DNA from: Octopus vulgaris
Taxonomy: Eukaryota
Direction: 5' to 3'
Assembly (NCBI GenBank): GCA_951406725.2
Contig: OX597822.1
Coordinates: 46,624,001-46,688,000, forward strand
DNA: 64,000 nt
Shown here: positions 11,805 through 25,441 of the stretch, piece by piece
Layout: each line of letters starts with the position of its first letter
Position numbering within the stretch: the first letter of the stretch is position 1
Notes under the pieces: model-generated
What the model was told of the DNA's origin: nothing
Database searches by the model: none
The model's input: the letters and a program-made list of their open reading frames with translations, nothing else
Position numbers and translations under genes: made by a program

Positions 11805-12600
11805 AGAAATGGGTTTCTATATAGGGGACGATGGCCTTATTATCACCAGCAACATGAATGAACATGAGCTAGATAGGCTTAGGAAGAGTGTTATTATGTT
11901 CTTCTGGTGTATGGGCTTAAAGATTATAGTTTCCATGAACCTTAGCACTGTTAACTTCTTAGACATTAATTTAGATCTGCAATTTAACAACTTTAGCTTC
12001 TATCATAAGCCTAACAAAAGGATGTTTTATAATGATAAGGCTGCCAATCATCTGACTTGTATACTTAAAAGCATAGTCGGTGCATAAGTAAGCAAGTTTC
12101 CTCCTTGTCATCAGACAGGGCAGCTTTTCATACTACAATGGTGCACTTTGCAATATTGAATGCTTGAGCAGATCTGCTGTAATAGTGGGTCTCCAAGCAG
12201 ATCTGTTATGTCGGTATTAAAAATAACATTAGGAGATCTTGCCTGATCAAAGGAGTTGTTTACAGAGAGCTAAAGTACAGATTGATAATAGCTCTACATA
12301 CAAAAACTTATATTGGGGCAACAGAAAACAGCTTTAAAGCTAAAAAAATCTTTGAAATACCTGGAAAACAAGTTGTCAGCAAGTTTATTGAAATATATAA
12401 GGCAATTAAAAGAAGCTTGTTTCACCCCTTTTAAAATACAATGGTTTATCTTTGAAAAGGTTTGTTCATATGAGAATGGGTCATGCTGGAATTTTCTGAA
12501 ATGTCTGTTGTGCTTAAGTAGAAAATGCTTAATCCTGTTCCTAAATAAATCTGCATTAAACCAAAAAATCTGAGCTTTTGGGCTGTTGGTGCTTTTTGGA
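11805..12600 (+). mobile_element. Degenerate Penelope-like element (RT C-terminal half plus GIY-YIG endonuclease)
   Basis: FYIGDDGLI...LDRLRKSVI...GLKII...TVNFLDINLDL...FYHKPN...ANH (Penelope RT), then GVVYR...TYIGATENSFK and LLKYIRQLKE...IQWFI...CLLCLS...LNQKSELL (GIY-YIG C-terminus). Confidence 0.88.
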
Positions 12601-13628
12601 ATTTTTGATTTCAAAGCTTTTACTGCCAATACTGCTAATGTAGGCTTTGTCAATTCCCGTTGCTTTCTTTGATTCACTGGTTTATTGTGAGTCGGTATTT
12701 TTTGGATAGTTTTCCTTTCACTTTTCTGTAATCTTTTATTTTATGGTCCTGAATTGTTTTATTTCTGACCATCAGATTCAATCTATAGGATTTTTTTGTA
12801 TATAACTCTTATGTATTTTTCCTTTCAACCTTTTATATGATCTTTTATTGTTCAAGATAGCTATTGTGCACACGTTTATTATAAACTATCGGATATACTT
12901 TATTTCACTCACAATCAAATATTTTTTTTTTCATATCTCTATATATACCTGTATATGTATGTATATATATTTTTTGTGTGTGTGTGTGTGTGCATGTGTA
13001 TGTATTTATATATGTATATATGTGTGGTGTATGTTCCCTTCTATTTTTAATTATTCTTCCTTAAAGGAAGGAGCTGGTTTCTAACAAAGGATACAATGTT
13101 CTATTGTTGGATAGCAGATAAAAACAATATCACATATTCAATGTCTTGTGTATTTTTAGTTTTCCTCTTAGAAATTGTATTTGTAATGTGAGTTAGCTGG
13201 TTGATTCCTTTTTCTAAAAACTCTGGCTTTTCTAGATTGTCACTCTAGGCATTTACTAATTAAACTAAGTGCACCAATTATTATTGGCATCATCTGAAGG
13301 TTTTGCCCATCTGTTAATCTCTTCCACTTAGATTTTCGACGAGATATTCACATCAGCAAGGTGACTGACCTCTGTGACATACTTCTCTTTTGTCCATAAC
13401 CAGAAGCTTTGATGGAAATGCTCCACCAATATTCCTTGTACTGATGATTGTGTATATATTCAGTTATAGGGAGAATCTTTATATTTATCCGAGGACAATT
13501 TTTTTTATGGATATATGTATGCTTATGTATATACATATACATTTTTTCTTTATCCTTGTATATTTAGAAATTGAATCCAACCTATCATATTTCGAGTGAC
13601 ATTTCGTTGTGCCTGTGTGTTCAGTATA

Positions 13629-13812
13629 TGAGTGGGTGGTGAAAAGTTCCTGACTTTGGACTAAAAAAGAAAAAGAAAATACAGGATTTTGTTCAGCATA
13701 CCCCACTCTCAGATTTATTGCAGCAGTCCTTGTAAAAGAATTTGGAAGGTTGGGCCTTCAACCAGGCCTTTCACAATACACTCAAAGCCAAGAACTTTTC
13801 AGCACCCCTTCG
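13629..13812 (+). mobile_element. Mariner-type MITE
   Basis: Inverted termini tgagtgggtggtgaaaagttcctgacttt / aaagccaagaacttttcagcaccccttcg, with TA at the left flank. A second, left-truncated copy lies at about 20770-20960. Confidence 0.7.
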
Positions 13813-14120
13813 TTAGAAATTGAATGTAGTCTTTAATTTTAATTTTGATTGACTTTTTAATCTGTGTGTTTGACATTTGTTCTTTCTCTCTGATTTCCTT
13901 TTCTATTGCACATATTCTAGTCACTGTCACCCCTCTCCTTTACTTTAAACTTAGTGTTTACTAAATGACATGTGACAAGAAGTGTTGATTCCCAACCACA
14001 TGATTTCAGGTTCACTTCCACTGCATGGGCAAATTTCTACTGTAGCCCCAGGCCAACAAAAGCTGTGTGAGTGGATTTGGTAGATGGAAACTTGAAGACC
14101 ATCATGTGTGTGCGTATGTG

Positions 14121-14152
<32 letters not shown>

Positions 14153-14178
14153 TGTATGTATGTATGTATGTATGTATG

Positions 14179-14221
<43 letters not shown>

Positions 14222-14641
14222 TTCTCTGTATTTTCAATGCCCATTTCTACAGGTGTAAGTGATTTACACTATCCATTTTCAAAATTATTTTTATTCAGTT
14301 TTGACCTACTTCAATGTTTGTATATTTTTTACTGTTATGCTCAGTTGCTTTCATCCAACAGATTCCCATTATTTGAAAAGCAATTGCCCTAACCAATCTG
14401 ATGCCTATTTATGTATATAGTATTATTACAACTGTCTGACAAATGGTCATGTGAAACTGAGTAACAATTTGTGAAGGATTTTTGTGGGGTTTTAATACAT
14501 GATATATTACTCTTCTTTTGGTATTTGTGTACTATTTTTCCACCTTGGTTTGCATCAATATGCTTACTTTTGAGTGTGTGTATTATATATATATATATAA
14601 AATCTTCACCCTTTCTTCTATTTCTTAGTAAACTCTTTCTC

Positions 14642-14703
<62 letters not shown>

Positions 14704-14763
14704 CTCTTTCTCTGAAGGCAACTGTTGGTAGCAGTACCAACAACCCCATGTCAAAAATTATCC

Positions 14764-14810
<47 letters not shown>

Positions 14811-15664
14811 CAGCGTCATTGCTTTAGCAGACACTCTTTTATAGGTGTAAACCAGATTTCATTTAGGCAGATTTTCTTATATATAACTATATATATGAAT
14901 GTATTTGTGTATATTTATGCGTGTATTTATGTATATAAATTTAGGTATACATATAGATGTGTGTATTTATATATATATGTGTGTGTGTGTGTGTGTACAT
15001 ACATACATACATATATATACACGTTTATATTTCCTTATTATCATTTAAGCATCTACTTTTTCAGTCATCTGGATTTTGTCATGGTAGATTTTTTTTTCTT
15101 TCTTTGGCTAGATGCCATTCTTGTTGCCAATCCTTGTTTCCAAGCAAAGTATCTTTTTCCCCAGACCTGTTTCCGGAGAAGACTGAAAATGAATAACACT
15201 ACTTGCATGTGGATAATGCTCGCTACTTTCGCACAATGTTAAGTCAAGGAGATGCAAGCACACTCACACCCATGCACATACACATATAAAAATATGTACT
15301 TATACATATGTACATACATACGCATGCACGTGTGTGTATTCACACACACACATATATACATATATCTATGTAGACACAGACACACATGTATGATAGGCTT
15401 CTTTGAGTTTCTATCAGCTAAATACACTCACAGTGTTTTAGTTGGCCGAAGGATGTAGTCACCTAAGTTGCCAGATTGTGTGTGTGTGTGTGTGTGTGTG
15501 TGCACATACATATATATGCATGTATGTATGCATTAGGTTGGAAAGAAACAAAATGCTTCTTAATTGATGTGTGTAATTGGAATTGTATTTCTCTGGATTC
15601 TTCTTTTACACTGGATGTTAACTATTGTTGTTTTCATTGGATTTGCTGGCACTCTATCAGTTAG

Positions 15665-15890
15665 AACAATGTTGATGTGATCAATGGAACTGCCTGCTCA
15701 TGAACTTAACATCCTAGTGGTTGAGTACTCCACAGACATACCCTAAACATAGTTCTCAAGGAGATTCAGCATGACACACGACACGACAAGGCTGGCTTTT
15801 TGAAATACAGGTACTACTCATTTTTGCCAGCCAAATGAATTGGAACAATGTAAAATAAAGTGTCTTGCTTAAGGGCCCAATGCGCCACCA
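15665..15890 (-). mobile_element. CORE-like SINE fragment sharing its 3' tail with the 5032 element
   Basis: Shares gacaaggctggc...tttgaaatacaggtac and ggagattcagcatgacac with 5100-5190, but joins it to a CORE-like aagtgtcttgcttaaggg segment. Confidence 0.65.
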
Positions 15891-16079
15891 GACATCCATG
15901 CACTTGTTGTAGTGCTCCAACCACTTTGTGATGCCCTATGGAAGTTCTCCAATGGGAAAATGATGATGATCCTTGTTACAGCCGCCTTCATCTTAGAAAA
16001 TCTGCTCAGCACTGCATCATTATTGTCTTTATTCCCCTCACCAAGTACTCACAAGCACCCCTATATGATTGTGTGGTAG

Positions 16080-16125
<46 letters not shown>

Positions 16126-17749
16126 GAGGAATCAGATGTAGTGTGCAAGAGGTATGACTGCTGGTGTGGTCATATAATGTCTGTGGATGAGGTTAGCTGT
16201 ATAATGAAGTTCTGATTGCTTTAGGTGGATGGAATTTGTGGAAGACTGAGATTCGGAAAGAGATGGAACTAAGCAATGAAGGTTCATCTCTGTACTTTGT
16301 ATCTCACAGAGTTGATGAGAAAGGAGCTGCACAACTGTTGCTATTAAGTGCTTGCCTGTGTCATTGAAACTCTGTTTAGGGAAGCTTAATGTCTGTATAC
16401 ATAATTGGGTCCCTCACTTATCTCCTTGTCAAATCTTCTCTACCCTCCTAATTTCCTGTTGCTGATCACTGCCTCACTTGCCTAACTGCAGTGTTCTGCT
16501 GGTGTAATTAAATGAATGCTGAACTAAATATTTTATCAACATTTATGTGATACTTTTCTCATTGCTTGTAACTTTGTCACTTGACGGCTATCCTTCTGTC
16601 TTAACATTGTCTCTCTCTCCACTCATATTTTACATTGATTTCCCCTACCCTATATATGCCATCAAATTATCTTTCCTCCCTCTTCATTGAATACTTCCTC
16701 TTGATGTGTTCAAACCATCATACATCTCACTCTCCCCACACATCATCTCGCTTTCTCTCATCGTTCTCCTGTCTACTGTATTATCATTATTATTGTCCTG
16801 CTGCTTTTCAATTTTCTGTACTGCCAATCAACATCTAACCATCATCTCCTCACCTTCCTCCAACTTATATGTATCCTTGATCACTCCTTCACCATGCACC
16901 CTATTCACTCCTATACCCTTTCCAATCTCTAGTCATCACATTTATCAACAACCCCACCTCTCGGTGTTACTGAAAAGAAGGATATCAAGTCAACCATCAT
17001 TATATCATACCCACCTCTTTTATGTTGATGTGTTTAATGGTTGCCTCTTCCCTGTGTAAGATCTGCAGCATTGAAAACTCGTCAGATTTGTTCATCAGCA
17101 CATCTTCCTTGCAGGAAGTGGAAACTCTTTAGATTTGTTTATTTAGTGTATCACTTAGAATTCTGGAGCCTTCACTATCAAAGGAAAGCTGGTCATGTAA
17201 ACCTAGAATGAATGGCAGTGCCCCAGCATGGCCATAGCATATAGCTGGAACCATTAAAAGCAATGTATGTGTATAGATGCTGGCATGACTGTGAGGTAAG
17301 AAGTTTACTTCCCAACCACATGGTTCCAGGTTCAGTCCCACTGTGGGCAAATAGGAGACACTTTGAGCAAGTATCTGCTACTGTAGTCCCAGGCCAACAA
17401 AAGTTTTGTGAGTTGTTTTGGTTGAAGGAAACTGAAAGAAGCCTGTTATACGCACACGCACACACACACACACACACATACACATACACGTACATAGACA
17501 TTTGTGTGTTTATGTTTGTCCCCCAGCATGGCTACAGTCCAATGACTGATACAAAGATTAACAGACGATAATAAAATTATACGATGCAATTTGAATTGCA
17601 GAGTTTAGAACTCCGGGTGTGTCCTTACACATCCAAAAAGACAAACTGAGAACTAGTCTTTTAGTCCAAGTTCCCTTGAACTGGTCTCTGTTGTTAGAAG
17701 GCTAATGGCAAAAAAAACTTGCATTTTGTAATTCTTAAGAGAGAGAGAG

Positions 17750-18590
17750 GCATGGAAGTTCTATTATGAAAGGCTACTAAATATGGAAAGTGCATGGAAG
17801 ATAATGTAGACCCAACAGAGGGATGAGTCATTAGCTGACAGCTAAAGCAATTAAGAATATGAAGGCAGGAAAAGACCCTTGTCCACCAGGAATTACCACT
17901 GAGATGCTTAACCGTTTATCATTCATATTGGTTGGTTAGACCTTATGTTTATTTATTCACATTGTTGTAGCTTTGAGATTTTGATGTGATTATTTATTTT
18001 CAGAATGACATTGTAGGGTAGGTATGAGAGTCTGGATCTGGCTGGTTTGAACATAAATCAGGTTGATTATTTCAGCCTGATATGGCCAGTTTAAATGCTA
18101 AAGGGTTAAAATATCTAATGGAGTAGGTTATGGCCTAGACACCCATATAGCTAATCAAGTTGTACGGAAAATTATCATACCTAGTGACTGGCATAGCAGC
18201 ATATAGTCAACTTTTATAAGGGTTAAGGAGATGCTTTTGAGAGAAGTAATTACAGAGTATCAAATTGCTGGACGAGGTCATGAAAGTCGCCGAAAGGGTC
18301 ATATCTCAATTAATTAGGGAGGAATTTAACCTAGATGAGATGCAGTTTGGTTTCATGCCGAGAAGTACTACTGATAATTTCTTGTAAGGAAACTGCGGGA
18401 GAAGTATTTAGCGAAAAGTAAACCATTGTACTTAATTAACATTTATTGACTTGAAGAAAGCCTTTGACAGAGTCCTTCACTCTCATATCTGATGGTCATT
18501 GTTGAAGCTTGTCATTGAGTAGACAAATGGCTGCTGAATGCCAATACAGGAGTACTGTCTGTAAAGTTAGAGTTAGTAATGAGTACAGAA
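17750..18590 (+). mobile_element. RTE LINE RT fragment interrupted by a TTAA MITE
   Basis: KAIKNMKAGKDPCPPGITTEML|KISNG...PSDW...SNYR..IKLLDEVMKV...LDEMQFGFMP...EKYLAKSKPLY...FIDLKKAFDRV. Confidence 0.88.
17908..18109 (-). mobile_element. TTAA-flanked piggyBac-type MITE (family P2)
   Basis: TTAA at 17908-11 and 18106-09, ending tttaaatgctaaagggTTAA. Homologous to the copies at 30433, 40138 and 44838. Confidence 0.82.
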
Positions 18591-19636
18591 TAGGTACATG
18601 TACTCATATGTGTGCACAATGATACTCATATATTGAACTTTAACAAATGGTTATTAGTTCCCAGCTTTTGAGGTGTTTTTGTTTTCTTATTTTGTTGTTA
18701 CTGCAAAATTAAAGATTTTTGTTGTTGGGATCGAGAATTTAAGAATAATATTGAGGAATAAAAAAAAAAGATGGGTGATGTGATTGTAACATCCTCCTAC
18801 ATATATGCATACATTTTTATACACGCTCACACAAATCCACTCACAGATCTTACACAGACAACTCTTTCTGTTTGTCTGTCTCAGTATATATATATGTGTG
18901 TCTATATCATCATCATCAACATTTAATGTCTATTTTCTGTGCTGGCATGGGCTGGACAGCTTGACAGGAACTGGCAAGGCCAGTGTCTACATCAGGCTCC
19001 ATAGTCTGTTTTGATTTGGTTTCTGTGGTTGGATGCCCTTCCTAAAACCAACCACTTTTCAGAGTATATTGGGTGCTTTTTATGTGGCACCAGCACCATT
19101 TCTTTCTATGTAGTAACTTGATTTTAGGACATCAATTCTGTTGTGGTGGGTGGGTCGGTTGGTTCTCGAGTACAGCAATGTATCACATATCTGTCTTCTG
19201 TCATATATATATATACACACTTGTATTATTTCATATCCCTTCACTAACACGTTTACTTCATGTATATGTACATACAATGCACATTGCTGCATTCACCAAA
19301 CCCCTGAAACAGCTGTGAAGGATTACCTGTATTCTCCAATCCCTTATTTGTGAGGTTCAAATATGAGCTCTGTGGATGTTTACCTACCTACTCAAGATGA
19401 ATCACTTCAAAAGGACTACTCAATTTCTCTTCTCTTTTACCTATGACATTAGACTATGAACTATCAGGATATCTACCTACTTACATAAAATTACTATGAA
19501 CTTGCCTTCCTGTTTTTCCTGTTTTTCTACTTTATATATATATTTTTCTATTTAGTTTGTTTTCTTATGTATAAGAAAAATAACTAAAACATTTCATTGG
19601 ACTGCATGGCTGCAGTCCAATACCTGAAACAATAGC

Positions 19637-19679
<43 letters not shown>

Positions 19680-19928
19680 AGTTATGTAGTTTTATATGCC
19701 TTTCTGTATAACTAATATAGAATTATTTTGTCATCATTAACAAATTGTCCATTGTTTTATTTTATTATACTTTTATTATCTTGATCAGTACATTGCCTAT
19801 AACTAACTCTTATTCACCTGGACTCTCCATTTGATGTTGGGTTTTAGGTATCCAATGTGGTCTGAGCACTAATTGTCTGTATCTATTATTCTCTATTCTT
19901 TGACATATTCTTAATCATTTACATACAT

Positions 19929-19972
<44 letters not shown>

Positions 19973-20099
19973 GAGAGTCACTATGTCAGTAATAATAATA
20001 CACACAAGCACTAGTTCAATATTACTTCTCTATTGTTAATCAATTGGTTAAATTGACTAAAAATACAAAAAAATAACAATAATCATAAAGAAGTGATAT

Positions 20100-20735
20100 T
20101 AAACCAGTATGTGTGTATGTTTGTTTATTAATATTGGTGTGATGACCCTCCCAAAACAAGATTTGTTTCAACACTTGAATTTACATCAAGAATCTTGGAA
20201 ACCAAATACAAAACTGAAGTAAATTAGATTTACTAATTTTAAAAAATCACATGGGTAGAAAAAAGAATCTACTTAATGCAGAAGAAATTACTTATGGCAT
20301 TTATGTTCTAAACAAATAAAATTACTTCTTTTTAAAAGTCACCAAACTTTGTGTTTTTTTCTTTTCCTAATATGTCTCACATGCATACTTGCATTATGTT
20401 TATTTTGTCACCCAGCGCTGAGCAGAGCTCTCATTAATGTGTGACATCATAAGAAAGAACATTCTTCTCTTTTGAATGTTCTAACACCAAGAGATGGTAG
20501 AAAATATTTCAAGCAAAAGAATTTATATGTAAAAGTTAATGGGTCAAAATATTACATTACTACAATATACTGTTTCTTTTAAAATCTGGTTACTTGCAAA
20601 CCCACAAACAGAACTTGAATTTTAGTATAATAAGGATGTGTTTAGATTAATGGATTTATGTAGAAATACCACCGTTCCATTTCATCTTATATGCTAAGTG
20701 CTTTTTTTCTGGGTAATGCCAGGTCACCCAGTATA
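20100..20735 (+). mobile_element. Possible non-autonomous Helitron-like element
   Basis: Ends in ctgggtaatgccagg...cagta, resembling a decayed Helitron 3' hairpin plus CTRR. The body is AT-rich and non-coding, and the 5' boundary is uncertain. Confidence 0.3.
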
Positions 20736-20978
20736 TATACATATATGTGCCTGTGTGCATGTATATATGGGTAAAGGAAAATACAGGAGGATCAGTTAAT
20801 TATGATTTTATTCAACATATTCCCCGCTCAGTTTCAGATACATATTGTATTGCAGTGGTCCTTCAGTTTTTCTAAGCTCTGAAAGAACTGGGAAGGTTGT
20901 GCTTCCAACCATGCTTTTCACGATACCCTTACAACTAGGAACTTTTCAGCACCCCCTTGTGTGTGTGTGTGTGTGTAC

Positions 20979-21019
<41 letters not shown>

Positions 21020-22974
21020 CAGAGAGAGAGAAAGATAACAAGTAATACATTTATTTATTTCATTCTTTACAATTGTTTCAACAATGTGGTATTCTCCCTG
21101 GGCTTCTCTTTTACCTTCACCCCAATACTAATATTTACCATTAACCACACCTCTACACATGTTGCATTTACCTCTCTACCTATCTCTAACCTCCTGGTGC
21201 TTTCCTCACTTATCCACTCACCCTTCCTGCAGATTTTCAACTCCTGTCAAACTGCCCAACCATGCTATTCTGGAAGACAGGGGTTAAATGTCAATGATCA
21301 TCATGATTTATACATATATTTTTACATAGATATATGTATTGTCATCATCATTTTAATGTCCATGGGGTCAGATGAAATTTGTTGAGACAGATAAGGGTTG
21401 GTAACAGGAATTTATACTGCTGCTCCCCACCTTTTTTTGTACTGCCACTTCTTTGTCTCCTCCTTCCTGAGCCATTCCCGTTTCTTTTACATTTAGCTCA
21501 TATTTACCATTGTGCACACCTCCATCCTTGTTCACTATTTTCTACATTCACCTCTACCACACCCTCTACATTCTGCTGTAGAGTAGGTATTTATCTCCTC
21601 TACAGCAGAATCCCTGTTCCTCTGTCATAAAGCTACCTCCTTCTCTCTTATACTCTCACTCAGCATCGTGGGCTTTTTTTTTTTTTGTCTTGAGAGTTGC
21701 TTGGCAACCACACTCATGTCAATGCCATGAAAAATGCACTCAATACTTTCTGTAAAGGGGTTGGTGATTGGAGGGCATCCAGAAACCATGCCAAAGCAGA
21801 CATTGGAGCTCAGCATGTTCCTCCTGCTCATTGGATCCTTTTGGACTATCTTACTCTTGCCCAGCATGAAAGACAAACATCAAATAAGAGAGAGAGAGAG
21901 AGTGTGTGTGTGTGTGTGTATTTTTTAAAGTTCTGTAATTCTTTTTGAAGATATGTCTATGTTTTATAGGTAGTATTTTTAATGTCTATATTTTGTAGCC
22001 TTGAGTATATAAAACTATTTATATTTGCAATCTGATGACTATCTTTTACCTCCTGCCCCAGAATTTGCTGGGACAGGGGGTAAATTGATTACATCACCCT
22101 CAGTAAGTATTTTATTGACCCCCAAAATGATGAAAGGCAGAGTCGACCTCAATGAAATTTGAACTCAGCACATAAACATGGATGTTAAACATTTTGTGTG
22201 CCATGCTAAAAATTCCACCATCTCACCACCTTTTTTTATATTTGTAATAATGAGGTGTAGACATAATGGATATATTATGTTAATGCTTTGTTACTACTTC
22301 TTTTTCCAAGCAGTGTTTTATGTTTTTAATACTGTTAACACTGCTTCATTGAATGGTGCTGCCCAGGTGCTGAAACCATAATATCCATTTGGCACCTGAT
22401 TATACAAGCATGTATTTGATATGCCTGTTGTCTGAGTCTTTCGTACTTTGTGTTCTCATTACTCTAATTTGTTCATCATTCTCATACAGTGGAACTTAGG
22501 GGGTGTTTGGTTTATGGTGGTTTTGTTGTTTATATTATACCATACATTGACATTGCATGATTGTCCTTCATTGGGATTCTAATTATAGCTTGGGTAATAC
22601 TTTTTGTTTAAAGAGTTTCTAGTTTAGAGAGGTTTTGCTATACACACACACACTCTTATTCATGCATTTTTATGTCTGTTTTTCCATGCTGGCATTGGTT
22701 AGATGAGCATATTATTGAGGCATTGTTTTACAGTGGGATGCCCTTCCTGTTAGTAACCCTTACACGTTTTTCGAGAAATGAAGGTATCTCTTATTTCACA
22801 CATTTTTGTAGTTAGAGTTTTCATTAACAATCATGTACTTTCTTAACCTAGCCATGAATTTGCTCCACTTACTATAAGGGGTTGAAGTGGATAAACCAAT
22901 CTGTATATTTTAACATTTTTCTCGGCACCTACATTGACTGTTAAATTACTGGTGCCCTCTGTCTCTTATTTCTT

Positions 22975-23340
22975 CTACTTGTTTCAGTCATTGAACTTTA
23001 GCCTTGCTGGGGCACCACTTTGCAGGGTTTAGTTGATCAAGTCAACCACAATACTTATTCTATTGGCTTCTTTTGCTGAACTGCTAAGTTATGAGGATGT
23101 AAACAAACCAACAGTGTCAAGTGGTGTGTGGGGAAAGACAAACACAAAGGGACACACAGTCATACTTATATATGAATATTCTACAGGCTTCCACATACTT
23201 TCCATGTACCAAATCCATCCACAAGTTATTGGTTGGCTCTTGGCAGTAAGTACAAGACACTTGCACAAGATGCCACACAATGGAGCTGAACCCAAAACCT
23301 TATGGTTGCAAAGTAAGCTTGTTAACCACAGCCATGCTTG
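22975..23340 (-). mobile_element. Family A tRNA-SINE (antisense)
   Basis: Reverse complement of the family A tail (cttgtttcagtcatt...) through the head (...ttaaccacagccatgc). Confidence 0.75.
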
Positions 23341-23681
23341 TGCCTTCATTTCATTGTGATGATGTACTGTAGACCATAGAGTTTTCTTAGCTAACATCAT
23401 TAAGACAGTTGTAAATAATTCATCTCTACAATATGTTTATAGATAGAAAAATAGGGGGAAACAGATGCACATGGAGGAGAAGGTATTTGCTGATGATGGT
23501 TTTCTGACAAGAATTGAAATACATGTACAGCTGGCTCCCTCTTTTTTTCTAACCATGGCTCTGCTGTTTACAATCATCGTAACACAATTTTGGCTAAAAA
23601 GACATGTTCTACAGTATATTACAGGAATAAAACAAAACCTCAGTAATTTAATGTGTATATACGTTTATGTGTATGTATGTA

Positions 23682-23742
<61 letters not shown>

Positions 23743-24699
23743 ATAAGCACTGCTGTGGATGTGTTCTATGATGTTTGCTTCCCAACCACATGGTTCCAGG
23801 TTCAGTCCCACTGTGTGGTACTGTGAACAAGTCTCTTCTGCTATAGCCCTAGGCCAACCAGATCCTTTTGAGTGGATTTGGGCAATGGAAACTGAAAGAA
23901 AAAAAGAAGAAACTCACAATATATTGGTATTATTATTTCAAACCGTTTTATTTGGCTCCATGCTACTTAAGTTTTGTCAGCTTGTTACAGGAAGCTAGCT
24001 TGTTGGGCTCAGGTGAGTCCACTCACTTATGTGTGTGTGTCCGTGTCCTTCATTGCATAAGAGTTTATTAAATGATTGTCACTGTCTTAACTTGCAGTGT
24101 CATTCATTTCCAAAAACATGTCTAGCCATGGGAAATGTTACCTTGCTTGGAAACAAGGTGTGACTACAGAAATTCTGTCACAATCAACTCTGTCCAACCT
24201 ATGCAAACAGAGAAGTGGACATCAAAAATAAAGATGGTCATGTGATGTATGTGTGTCTTTGTAAAAGATGAACTAGATTTTGTGTTGTTCATTAACACAA
24301 AATGCCATGAAATCTTCAAAGCATTGATAGAGCATTTTATGTATTTAACAGTCTTCTGCATCATCTTTCCATCTTCACTCTGTGCCCCAGCATGGCCACA
24401 GCCAAATGACTGAATCAAGTAAAAGATAAAAGATAAAATATATTTTTGCTATTATGCAAAAGTGTCATAAGTCCAAAACATTGCTTTTTCAGAAAACAAA
24501 AGAATAGTTTCACCATTCCATAGCTAAACTGTTGCACTACCCTTTGACAATTTTTGATATCTTGGCATTTGAAGCAGCTGGAGATACAATAGCTTGACCA
24601 AAAGAACTGGCTATTGCAAGCAGTGATAAATATTGGAAAAATGCATTTGACCAAATTCAGATATACAACAGTTTATCATAATAGCAACGAGATATATTC

Positions 24700-25062
24700 T
24701 TTTATTTGTTTCAGTCATTTGACTGTGGCCATGCTGGAGCAACGCCTTTACATTAAACAAATCAACCCCAGGACTTATTCTTTGGAAGCTTAGTACTTAT
24801 TCTATCAGTCTCTTTTTGCCAAACTGCTAAGTTACGGGAACGTAAACACACCAACATCAGTTGTCAAGCGATGGTGGGGGTACAAACACACACACACACA
24901 TATATACAACGAGCTTCTTTCAATTTCTGTCTACCAAATCCACTCACAGGGCTTTGGTTGGCCCAAGGCTATAGTAGAAAACACTTGCCTAAAGTACCAT
25001 GCATTGGGACTGAAGCTGGAACCATATGGTTTGTGAGCAAGCTTCTTACCACACAGCCACTT
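24700..25062 (-). mobile_element. Family A tRNA-SINE (antisense)
   Basis: Full reverse-complement copy ending cttcttaccacacagccac. Confidence 0.85.
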
Positions 25063-25082
25063 TTGTGCCTAACACACACATA

Positions 25083-25131
<49 letters not shown>

Positions 25132-25299
25132 CGTCATCATCATCGTTTAACGTCCGTTTTCCATGCTAGCATGGGTTGGATGGTTTGACCAGGGTCTGGG
25201 AAACCAGGAGGCTGCACCAGGATCCAGTCTGATCTGGCAGTGTTTCTATGACTGGATGCCCTTCTTAACACCAACCACTCCGTGAGTGTAGTGGGTTCT

Positions 25300-25441
<142 letters not shown>

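Noticed and set aside
19280-19330. GAAACAGCTGT palindrome resembling a hammerhead stem III
   Set aside because: There is no upstream CUGANGA core or stem II; at most it is a decayed remnant.
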